Source: Okamejei kenojei
Lineage: Eukaryota
NCBI GenBank assembly: GCA_035221665.1
Contig: CM069132.1
Coordinates: forward strand, 22,134,001 to 22,198,000
Reading direction: 5' to 3'
DNA length: 64,000 nucleotides
Shown: positions 1-10,349 of the stretch, one piece after another
Position numbering within the stretch: position 1 is the first letter of the stretch
Layout: every line of letters starts with the position of its first letter
Program-made: the position numbers and the translations under genes
Notes under the pieces: model-generated
Databases searched by the model: none
What the model was told of the DNA's origin: nothing
The model's input: only the letters and a program-made list of their open reading frames with translations

Positions 1-199
1 GGTTCTGTTGACTGGCTAAATTATTTGCCATTCCCAGCAGCTGTGGTACAGACTGCGGCCGCTGTTGCTGCAGTCGATGCTGTTGCGCTCCTTTTGTCAA
101 TGTGACCTTCCGAACGGTCTGTTGTTTCTGGAGTTGTTGCTGGTGCTGCCGTTGAAGCTGGACCTCGGGATGAGAAAAGCCAGTGTTCTCGCTCCCCTG
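1..199 (-). CDS. RBM33: RBM33 coding exon (runs off the window start); tandem acceptor gives a start at 199 or 196
   Basis: Minus strand reads tgttcttgcag|CAG|GGG AGC GAG... = (Q)GSENTGFSHPEVQLQRQHQQQLQKQQTVRKVTLTKG..., open to position 1. Resembles vertebrate RBM33 'GESDGFFHPEG...RKVTLTRG'. Phase 0, matching the donor at 14037. Confidence 0.88.
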
Positions 200-699
200 C
201 TGCAAGAACACAGCATCACGCTGCTCAGTGTCTTCGCTCAACACAAAACCTTTTTATCACTCACCATGTGCTAAATGCTATTTGACCTTGCAAAACATTT
301 CAAGATATAAACTACCCATCATGCTGAGGAGATAAATTCACCTCGCTGATAAAAAGATTGCAATTTAAATCAATTTTGCAGGACAAAAACAGAACATTTC
401 ATGGAAAATATTCCCTTTACTTCCAAAAAGGGATAAAACCATGCACCAAAATTAGATTATTATTTTAATATCCACTAAGAATAGCAGTTGAACACCCACA
501 ACGACATTTCAAAAACATGGAGATGAATCACTCAGTAATTTATGATTTTACTATCTCCACTGATTTCGGCAAGGGTGCCAAAATTCAATACTGCTGGATT
601 CAAATGGTAGTTCATGGACAGGTTAAAACAGCTATGTACCTGGTGTGGAGCTGTGTATCATCTGCGCAAACCTGTTGGCTGATGTTATCATGATGATAG

Positions 700-1142
700 T
701 TGCGGCCGGTTCAGGTTGACTGGAGTACGTTTGAGTATATAACAAGGGAAGCAGAGAAACAACTGCGTGTTTTTTGCCTCCTACAGCAAGTGTGACAGCC
801 TCTGAGATTGGGCTGCCACGAGTGAAGGGCTTTTGGTTAGAAAGGTCTGTGGGGTCTTCTCACTGCCTTTTGATGGGACAGTATGACATTGATGCATGGA
901 ACGCATGTGTTTAGTGAAAATTTGATCAGACTTCCCAGAGATACCTTCATACCTACCATTTTCCAACAGAAATGGTTTTGTAGCGAGATATAGCTATAGC
1001 TGTGGTCAATGGAGCAGGGAGAGTCCAACACGAAAACAGTGGAAGGGGCTATCAGCAAGAGCGAAGGGGAGGTTGGCTAGGGAATCGAGGACAGGGGAGG
1101 CAAATAAAATTCTCCCAGAATAATCCGTTTTCCCAGGCCTGA
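700..1142 (+). pseudogene. Remnant of ERV gag C-terminus (degenerate zinc knuckle and RG-rich tail)
   Basis: SYSCGQWSRESP (~991-1026) looks like an eroded CxxCxxxxHxxxxC knuckle. It is followed by GRGYQQERRGG...NNPFSQA and a TGA at 1140-1142 in frame with the protease. The 5' limit is uncertain. Confidence 0.5.
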
Positions 1143-1500
1143 CTGGCCAATTTAGTGATGAACTGGTGCAATACTCATGAGGAACCTGTTTTATCATTAC
1201 AAGTAGAGGGAAGAAGATGCACCTTTTTGGTAGACACAGGGACATCCACGTCATCTATTCAGTCCGTTTACAATCTTTCTAAACCTAACAAAACCCAGAG
1301 CCTATCCGGATTCCAGGGACAAGTATGCCAATACCTCATCTCTATGCCAGCTGAAGTAACATACCAAAGCAAGACAGTGCAGCATCAATTTGTAATTACC
1401 ATGGGTCTGGATTGTAATCTGCTAGCTTGGGATTTGCTATATGCATTCCAGCTGAAAATTGAGTGTGGAGACAACGGAATAACTGTAACCCCATGGGCTC
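1143..1500 (+). pseudogene. ERV aspartic protease
   Basis: ORF 1155-1550 has EPVLSLQVEGRRCTFLVDTGTSTS and CNLLAWDLL (from NLLGRDLL). Confidence 0.9.
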
Positions 1501-1519
1501 CTAAGAGAGTGTTACTTGT

Positions 1520-1830
1520 GACACCCCAATGGTGGTCCCTAGATTTGTAAGATGAGCCCCCGCTTCATGTCACCTTAACATATGATCGGAGTGGCAGAAA
1601 TAATAGAGCTGGAAACCTTTTTCATATCTCGTGAAGGAACTAGGTGGGATGTAAACCTTTTGGCATTAGTGACCAGACCACAGGGAACACCAGAATATGT
1701 TGAGGTACCTTCGGAATTGTGGAAGCAGGTTTCTGAGGTTGCCCCGCATATAACAAAGAAGATGAACTTCCCATCTCATGCAAAGTATTTAGGAGCTATG
1801 GTTAAGCGAGCAATCAGTCCGGCGAATCCA
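1520..1830 (+). pseudogene. 2H-phosphoesterase-like domain inserted between ERV protease and RT
   Basis: PPLHVTL (His codon 1566, protease frame past one stop) and VAPHIT (His codon 1747, after a frameshift near 1600), about 60 codons apart, then AKYLGAMV. Confidence 0.65.
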
Positions 1831-1965
1831 AACACGAGCCAGGAACACGAATTGCCTAATAATTGTACTGTTCAATTCTATCACCCACCAAGGAGGGTTA
1901 CAACACAGTTATGCCATCATCTGGGGAGTCAGATAACGCAATTACGCCATCATCTGGGGAGTGAG

Positions 1966-3860
1966 GTACAAGAGTATGTGGACCCACAGGTGTGGGCAGA
2001 CCCTATTCAGGTAGGATGTGTTCAGATTGATCCCATCCAGGTAGCTCTCCAGAAACACTGACTTCTAAGCAACAGTACTTGCTGAAGCAGCCGGCAATAC
2101 CAAGCACTGATAAGTTAATTCAAGGATTGCTAGAACAGGGCATTCTGGTTAAGTGTCAATCCTATTGCAACACGCCATCCTCGCAGTACCCAAAGCAGGG
2201 AAACTGGACTAGTACAGATTGGTTCAGGATTTGCGGTCCATTAATGACATAGTAGAACCACTTCATGCATTGGTGCCTAATCCAGCTCACATCTTAGCCC
2301 AAATTCCAGCACAGGCACAGATCTCTCAATAGTGGACTTACAACAACATGCCTTCTTCTCCCTACCTCTGCACCGGGACAGTCAGTAACTTTTCGCCTTC
2401 ACCTACAACAGTACACATGGTCTCAATTGCCTCAAGGATTTGTGAATTCTCCAACATTATTTTCCAGATGTCTCCAGGGACAGCTGAAAACCTTAGGCTT
2501 TCAATGTGGCTCCACCCTAGTTCAGTATGTGGATGAATTTACTTGTAGCCAGCCAAGATGAATAAAGCAACCGCAAAGATACCACTCAGTTATTAAATCA
2601 TCTATCAGCACTGGGATATCAAAGGTGTTAATGGTCCAGCAGAAGGTGAAATTCCTTGGTGTGATGCTATCAGCAACAGAACGGAGTATGGAGAACCGCC
2701 GAGTCGAACCAATCTGTGAATTCCCTGCACCACGGGTGGCAAAGCAAATGAGACAATGGCACGGCATGGTAAACTATTGTCAACAGTGGATACCTAACAT
2801 TGCTCTGGACACTAAAAAATTAACACCATACACTACTATGGAGGCAAGTTTCAATTGTCTGAGAAAGCTCAAGAAGCCTTTGATAATCTGAAGAAGTCTG
2901 TTACAGGCACCAGCATTAGGACGGCCACTTTATGATCGACCATTCCAATTATATTGTACAGTCCTCTCTGATTGCTCCACTGCAGTTCTCAACAAGAAAC
3001 ATGGAGACAAACATCGACCAGTAGCTTACTACTCCTCAAAGATTGATCCTGTAACACGAGGACATCCGATTTGCACACAGATCTTGACTGCGGTCTACAA
3101 CAGCTTATAATCAGCTGCTAATTTGATTTTACAACAGAACATAACAGTATACAGTTCTCACTCAGTTGCTGCCTTGCTGGACGGCTGCAAATTCAACACC
3201 TCACCATGATTTGCCAGAATAAGTATGAAATATACCTGTTCAACAACCCCAAATTGCAGTTCAAGAATTGTACTACCATCAATCTAGCATCCTTTCTTGA
3301 TAAACCACCGGAAGAACAGATGGAATCAGGGCATGACTGCATATTTGTAATCAAGGAATATACTTCTGTTAGGGAAGATTTCACAGATATTCCTATGGCA
3401 GACCCTGACCTAACCCTATATGCGGATGGGAGCGCATCAATCGTACCCCTAGGAGAAAAGCTTTCTGGATATGCCATTGTAGATCAAACTAGGAGTAGTA
3501 CAGAAGCAGCTGACTCTGAAGCACCATTCTCTGCCCAACAAGCAGAACTGTTTGCCTTAATAAGAGCATGTATCGTAGGGAAGAATATAAGCGTGAATGT
3601 TTACACCGACTCTAGGTATGCCTTTGGAGTGGTCCATGACTTTTGCCAGTTGTGGAGGAACAGAGGATTTTTTACTTCAGCGGGAACACAGATATCCCAC
3701 CAGAAATTAGTATCAGACCTGTTACAAGCCTTAATGTTGCCAAAACAAATTTCCATGTAGTGCCCATACTACAGGTCAACCCCAGTAGATATAGGAAATT
3801 GTTGTGCTTACCAAGAAGCTAAAGAAATGTCACGGGAGCGCAGGGTGGTTGTACCCTGAT
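1966..3860 (+). pseudogene. ERV reverse transcriptase, connection and RNase H (disrupted)
   Basis: Motifs across frames: LLEQGIL, CNTP, YRLVQDLRSIN, DLQHAFFSLPL, LPQGFVNSP, QYVD, VKFLG, GMVNYCQQWIPN, RPVAYYS, LYADGS, SAQQAELFAL, YTDSRYAFGVVHDF. Confidence 0.92.
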
Positions 3861-3899
3861 GAGGCAGACAAAGTGTAGATGAATTAGCAATGTGGGTTA

Positions 3900-4863
3900 T
3901 TGAATGTGTACACTTTGCAACTTATTGAGGTGCTCAAGCAACCAGCGATACACTGTTAGCTACATGGTGGCATCTGAGATTGCAGAGGATTAGTAGCCGT
4001 TGTCTGATCTTTCAGCAACATAATCCCAGGAAAGGTGAAAACTGTGGAAGTGGGAAAACATCCTTACCCATAGATCCTTTTGAAACCCTCCAGATGGACT
4101 ACATTGAGTTGGATAGAGGTCAGGGATATAAATATGTGTTGGTATTTGTAGATGATGTATTCAGCAAGTGGATTGAAGCCTGTCCTACAGTGGACAACAA
4201 AGCCTCTACAGTGGTCAAGGTATTCATGAGAGAGATTATTCCGAGATACGGAATTCAAATTCGGCTAAGTTCAGACAATGGTCCTCATTTTGAAGGACAG
4301 ATAAATAAAGAGTTGTGTGAACAAATCGGCATCCAGCAGCAGTTACACCGCACCTATCGACCACAGGCTGCTGGACTTGTTGAAAGAGCTAACCAGACAT
4401 TAAAAACAAAACTTGCTAAATTAAGAGCTGAGACAGGGGTTAATTGGTTTAAATTACTTCCTGTAGCATTATTCCTGGTGCGCACTACACCAGCAGGGAA
4501 AGCATGCTTGAGCCCAGCAGAAATTGTATATGCTTGTCTAATCAGAACCCCATGGAACCAGAGTACCTCAAGAGTTGTTCATTGCCATCATATGACCACA
4601 AAACTGACTGATTATGTCTTATCATTGCCTAGAGTATTAAAATATTTGCATTCCAGGGTACGAGCGGCGCACATTGAACTACCTCATCTAGAGTTGAGCC
4701 CGGTGATTTTATGATTGTAAAGAATTGGGTAAGAAAGGGTTTGGATGCTTGGTGGGAAGGGCCTTATTAGGTCATCCTCACAACCCAGACTGCTGCCAAG
4801 GTAGAAGGGAGAAATGCGTGGGTCCATCTTCACCATTGTAAAATTATCGGTAGTAAAATCTAA
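3900..4863 (+). pseudogene. ERV integrase (eroded HHCC region, DDE core, GPY/F C-terminal module)
   Basis: ORF 3980-4714 has PFETLQMDYIEL, SSDNGPHF and YRPQAAGLVERANQTLK. Downstream reads WEGPY*VILTTQTAAKVEGRNAWVHLHHCK. Confidence 0.92.
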
Positions 4864-5140
4864 GCTGCTAACTTTTCTTTGAGAGATTTCTTTTAGTATG
4901 GATGAGTTGAGTTCCCCTAGACACAGCTGCCATTTGTTTACCTTGGACTACTGGGTATAAGAAGGAAGCATACTAACGTAATTGGCCCAAGAGGATCCAT
5001 GCTCATGACCAGTTGAGAGGTGGAAACTCATTGCTCGCATGTCTTAGAATCTACGCACATGAAAAGTCGGGAAGTGGAGACTTACTCCTAGCACAACTTC
5101 ACCATCATCACTGTTTGGACTACTGAATTATGGACTGTTA

Positions 5141-6103
5141 TGGGAGGGGGGAGAGAGGGGTGGGGGAGAGGGAGGAGGGAGTAGAGGAAGAGTGTGGAGG
5201 GACGGGGAGAGGGGTAGGGAGAGCGGTGGGGGAGAGAGGGGAAGAGGGTTGAGGGAGGGGTAGGGGAGAGGGGGAAGACTGGGGAGGGAGGGGGAGAGGG
5301 GTGGGGGAGAGGGGGAAGAGTGGGGAGGGAGGGGGAGAGGGGTAGGGGAGAGAGGGGGAAGAGTGGGGAGAGGGTGGAGAGGGAGAGTGAGAAATGGGTG
5401 GGGGAGGGGAGAGAGGGGGAAGAGTGTGGAGGGAGAGGGAGTGTGGTAAGGAGAGGGGTAAGGGGGAGAGAGGCGGAAGAGTGTGGGGGGGAGAGAGTAA
5501 GGGAGGGGAAGGTGAAGAGAGAGGGGTGGGGGACGAAAAGTGGAAGAGTGGGGAGGGAGGTACTCAGCCTCGCAATGCCCGCAGCCGTTGATAACTGCCG
5601 TTTTACCGCGCGCGATGCGGGATGCTGACAGCAGCTGTTTAAAGCCGCTAAGGAGCAAGCCGGTGGCCTCCGGTGACCGGCTGTAACCTGCTGTGACCAC
5701 CGGTGACCTCCCGATCTGCAGAACGCTGAGAGGGACACAGACAGAGTGAAACAATAAAATTCAATGCTATGAAAAAAATAAATAAACAATGCTTTAGTCC
5801 ACAGCGAGGTGGCAGGGCCAGGAGGCAGGTGGGCCTGGATTAGTGGGCATGTGGGCATTGTGACGTCAGCAGCTGGCAAGCGGCAATTATATTTAAAAAA
5901 TTGAGTTTTGTGAACAACTTTATTCAAAATCTGGGGAAATAATCGACCGAATTTAGAGAGGAGTGCATTTATGAAATCATAAGTTAAATCCCTACTGAAA
6001 TTGTAAAAATCTCCGCGTTTTGGCACCTGGTTTTCGAGTAGATACGTTTCCAAGGCAAAATGACATACACCCACACACACACACAGTTTTAAAAGTATAT
6101 AGA
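5141..6103 (-). mobile_element. Probable non-autonomous Helitron, 5' end present and 3' end not found, with a long purine/pyrimidine low-complexity tract (5141-5560)
   Basis: Minus strand begins A|TCTATATACTTTTAAAAC followed by (TG)n, resembling the 5' end of the complete Helitron at 24765-25515. CpG-rich interior. No CTRR plus hairpin seen. Confidence 0.5.
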
Positions 6104-6149
6104 TTAAAGTTTGTACACTACACTAATACCAACTGCTGACGATGTTAAA

Positions 6150-6640
6150 GATGCAGAAATAGGTTTTGTAAATGCTTTCCAAGCCTCAGGCGCAAACTTT
6201 CAAATGCTCTTTTTTTAGACATGCAGTGAAATTCTTCTCTCAGAATCTGAAGATAGATTCCAGAGTTCTTTTCTGCATTGAATATTTTTAGCTGGATCTG
6301 GTTGGCTGTCGTCTTCCTTAGAATCTTCATCTGATGCAATAATTTGAGCAATATTATTTTGGATGACTTAATCATCAGTTAATGTTGACATCAACATCAG
6401 AATCCAAATTCGCCCTTTCTTCAAGTTATTTGTCACGACGAACGAGTGGGTTTGAGGATTCAATAGTTTTAAGGATATTCAGGATTTCACTAATTAGCTT
6501 CTCTTTGCTTCCTTTGAAACCTTTAAAATCCTTCTCATCAGAGGAATCATTCTCAAACATAATGTACTGTAAAGTCTCCTCCGGGCTCTCCTCAAAGTTC
6601 GATTCTTCACAGAACTTCACACTCATTATAAATTATAAAT
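6150..6640 (-). mobile_element. Possible pogo/Tigger-type transposase C-terminal remnant
   Basis: Broken acidic frames ENDSSDEKDFKGF..ISEILNILKTI..TDD*VIQ..SDEDSKEDD resemble the DFEGF/LTDDEII tail of Tigger-like proteins. No TIR found. Confidence 0.3.
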
Positions 6641-6889
6641 TGCATCTTTGATGGTGAATTTGGATTGAAATCCTTAAATGCTACCTTTAGAGTTCGCTAG
6701 CTTGTGCATTAAATCCTTCCTGCATAGCAGAGTTTTTTTTTGTTGCAGAATTCCTTGATTGGCTGCATTGGGGATGTCACAATGACAGACTGGAAAGCCA
6801 GAAAAAAGATTCTGGTGGGTGGGTCTGCAGTGAGCAAAGGGAAAGATAAAGTGCAGAATACAGTTCTCAGCATTACAGCTCACCAGTTC

Positions 6890-8380
6890 CATTGACAAAG
6901 TCCGATGTCTGCAATGAGCCAGAGCTGGATCGGACAGTGCCCTAACTTATGGAAGGACTGATAAGAGGGGAAGAAGCTGTTCCCAAGTCTGATGGTGCCC
7001 ACTTTCAAGCTCTTGTACTTTCTGCTGGATGGGAGCAGGAAAGAGAAGGGACAAGTCTATCATTATGTTGGCTGCTCTTCATAGGCAGTGTGAAGTGTAA
7101 ATCTGGTGTATGTGATGGACTGGGCTACATCTGCAAATTCTTGTAGTCTTGGGCAGAGCTATACCCAAACAAGGTGTGATGCGACCCGATAGTATGCTTT
7201 CTATGGTGCACTTCTCAAAGTTTGTAAGAGTTAAGTAGAGGCATGCCAAATGTCCTGTCTTCTGAAGAAGTGGAGGGGTTTGTTGCCTTCTTGGCTATCA
7301 CATCAATGTGGTTGGTCCACGACAGATCATTGGTATTATTAATGCCAAAGAACTTGAATCTTTCAAACATTTTCTCTTTGGCACCATTGATGCGGATTTT
7401 GGCATGTACTCCACCATGCTTCCCGAGGTCAATAGCTAGCTCCATCATCTTGCTGACATTGAGTGAGAGGCTATTGTCCTGGCACCATGTTACTAAGTTC
7501 TCTGCCTATTTCCTGTACTCCATGTCATCATTGTTTGTAATTCAGCCCCCCAGTGGTGTCATCTGCAAACATTTAAATGGACTTAGAGCTGACTTTGGCC
7601 ATACATGCATTGGGAGTATAGTAGGGGACACACCATCACCAGTCTACTGAAGCACTTCATGATGGTAGAAGACAGAGCCACTGGACAGTAATGATGAAGG
7701 CAAATACATTATTTTTCTTTGGGACCGGGATGAAAGATGTCTTCTTGAAGTAGATGGAGACCTCAGAATAAAGTAGTGAAATGAAAAATGACTGAATACC
7801 CCTGCTATCTGATCTGCACAGGTCCAAAGACGCTGCCAGGGTCGCCATCTGGGCCAGTTACTTTCTGCGGATTCACTCTGAGGAAGGCTGATCTTACAAT
7901 GCCATAGTAACTTTTCTCAGGCACACCTGAGAATGGCAGGGTGATGTTCCTCCTCTGACCATCTGTTCATAGTGGGCGTAGAATGCATTGAGCTCTTTGT
8001 GGAGGTGCCCATTGTTGATAGCCATACTGCCAACCTTCGCTTTGAAGCCGATTATAGCATGCAAGTCTTGCCACAGTCTACAGATGTCAGTGACATTGCC
8101 TCGGGACTCCAACTTGATCTGGAATTCCTTCATGACATCCCCAATGGTTCTGCAACGGTTGTAGATAGATTTCTTGAAGTAATCTGGATTGTTTGACTTA
8201 AATGCCGCAGACTTGCACTTCAGCTAGGAATGGAACTTGCAATTTAGCCAACGTATCCGGTTGGGGAACATCTGTATCACCTGTTCCACTGATTTCTCCA
8301 CTGGTAGATGTGTGGTGCCCTAGAAAGCTCTTGACCTTGTATTTTTCAGCAACCAATAACTTTATCTGTGACTGCCTACT
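6890..8380 (-). mobile_element. Old Rex1/Babar-type LINE fragment
   Basis: Disrupted RT peptides FKKTSFIPVPKKN, FKFFGINNTNDLSWTNHIDVIAKKA and RLWQDLHAIIGFK. Confidence 0.65.
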
Positions 8381-8384
8381 TGGG

Positions 8385-8600
8385 TGATGAATCTGTGGAA
8401 TTCTGCCACAGAAGGCTGTGGAGCCCAACTCAGTGGATATATTTAAAGCAGCGATAGATAGATTCTTGATTAGTACAGGTGTCGGAAGTTATGGGAAGAA
8501 GGCAGGAAAATAGGGTTAGGAAGGAGATAGATCAGCCATGATTGAATGGTGGAATAGACTTGGGCCAAATGGCTAATTCTGCTTCTATCACTTATGATCT
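8385..8600 (+). mobile_element. CR1 LINE 3' tail fragment
   Basis: gtgatgaatctgtggaattctgccacagaaggctgtggag...gatcagccatgattgaatgg matches the 3' end of the CR1 at 32260-32500. Confidence 0.7.
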
Positions 8601-8954
8601 TATGGTGGCATAAGCATGGACAGTAAGATCATGCTTCATTTAGCTTAAACCTAGATGCATTTCTCTCCTTTTCACTCACACTTGTTGATTCAGGAAGACA
8701 ACAAATCATGCACCAATCTCACCGGCACAATGAATTTGTTTGGGAAAGGGAACAGCCCATGTTCATCCACCATCTTCCAAAAACAGCTGACTATATATTT
8801 TAGCTATTTTTTTCTCTCTGCCAAAATACCATGTCTTCACCAACCAACAAAAATTTAGTTTTGTCATTTCCATCATCTCAAAAGCCTCTAGCCTATTCAA
8901 TCAGCATAGATTGAACCACTGGCACGCTCTCCAAAATTTCAAAACACAGTGGAG

Positions 8955-10345
8955 TCACAAGGGACTGCAGATGCTGAAATCCTGAGCAAAAAGCAAAAGC
9001 CTGGAAGAACTCATTGGGTCAGCCACCATCTGTCGAATAAAATCAACAGCTGATGTTTCCGGTTCGGACCTGATGGAGATGGGGGAGAATGTTGGAAAAC
9101 AAAATAGGAGGTGGGACAGGGCAGCTAAGATGTAGGTGGATACAGGTGAGCAGGAGGTGCTTGATAGATAAGTGGAGTAAGTGAAGATGGCTAGGGGTGA
9201 AAAGGAGACAAAAGGATGTCAGATAAGGAAAGAAGAGTGAAAGGGGGGGGATATGGGTGTAAGGGAACAGGGAGCTTGGGAAAGTGGGGGATAAAATGGA
9301 AATATGGGGCTTGGGACGGGAGATGAGCATACAGAGGGGATAGAGCAGGGTGACTACGATAATGGGAGATGGCAGGTGAAAGGTTGCCCACCAGGGTTGT
9401 GGTGGAGGGTCAAGGGAAAATATAATACTTGGATAATTCAATGTTGATAAAAAGGCAAAATGGTAAAAAAGGTCTGAAGCAGGGTCTCGACCCAAAACAT
9501 AACCCATTCCTTCTATTCAGAGATGTTGCCTGTCCCGCTGAGTTACTCCAGCACTTTGTGTCTACCTTCGATTTAAACCAGCATTTGCAGTTCTTTCCTG
9601 CACTCAATCTTGATACTATTGGATTGTAAGCTACTCAAGCGTAATATGAGGCGCTGTTCTTCCAGTTTGCATGTGATCTTACTCTGACATGGGAAGAGGC
9701 AGAGAACAGAAAGGTCAGCATGGGAACAGGAAGGATAGTTAAAATGGCTCACAACCGAGAACTAGCAAGCCTTGGTGGTTAGAGTGCAAATGTTCAGCAA
9801 AAATGGTCACTTAGGACACACTTGGTCTTGGCAATATAAAGGGAGCCACATTGGGAACACTAAATGCAACAGACGAAGTTGGAAGAAGTGCTTGTTAGCC
9901 AGAGGAAGGAGTTCAGGCAGGTACAATAATAACATTTAAGACATTTGGAGAGATACATGGATAGGAAATATTTGAGGGACATGGGTCAAATGTTGGAAAG
10001 CAGATCTAGCTTAGTTGGGGCACCTTGGTCGGCATCGACAAGTTAGGCCAAAGGGCCTGTTTCCATGCAGTATGACTGGAAGGGTTGCTGGGGTCAATGG
10101 ATGGAAGTGTTATAGCTCCTTGTTTGCAGGGAAAGGTACCTGGGGAGGGGGTGGATTGAGCGGGAAAAAATAAGCAAATTAACGAGTTGCGGAAAGAGTG
10201 ATCTCTATGGAAAGGGGTGGGGACGGGAAGATGTGATTGGTGGTGGGATCGTATGGAAGGCGGCGAATATCAGACAGTGATGCGTTGGATGCAGAGTCTG
10301 GTGCAGTAAAAAGTGAGGACCAAGGAACTCAATCTTTGTTCCGTC
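8955..10345 (-). mobile_element. Penelope-like element 3' part (GIY-YIG endonuclease and tail), degenerate
   Basis: Minus strand near 9820-9870 reads CI*CSQCGSLYIAKTK (cf. CxxCGLLYIGET). Similar to the 56780-58640 copy. Confidence 0.65.
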
Positions 10346-10349
10346 TGAT

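Larger units (their letters stand above)
700..5140 (+). mobile_element. Decayed class I (epsilon/gamma-like) endogenous retrovirus, gag remnant plus pro-pol, antisense in an RBM33 intron; no LTRs or env recognised
   Basis: Domain order is PR (FLVDTGT), 2H-like insert, RT (YRLVQDLR, LPQGFVNSP, QYVD at 2523-2534), RNase H (LYADGS, AQQAELFAL, YTDSRYAFG), IN (LQMDYI, SSDNGPHF, PQAAGLVERAN, WEGPY). Many stops and frameshifts. Confidence 0.92.

Noticed and set aside
600-700. Possible PBS or 5' LTR (tggtgtgg at 641)
   Set aside because: No recognisable tRNA complement, no TG..CA LTR and no second copy.
4864-5140. Possible env start after integrase
   Set aside because: No open frame, furin site or CX6CC motif is visible, and the stretch is too short to call.
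5088-6080. 330-aa Pro/Ser/Leu-rich ORF and overlapping Gly/Glu/Arg-rich ORFs
   Set aside because: These are by-products of a stop-poor purine/pyrimidine tract inside a repeat. There is no domain or splice support.
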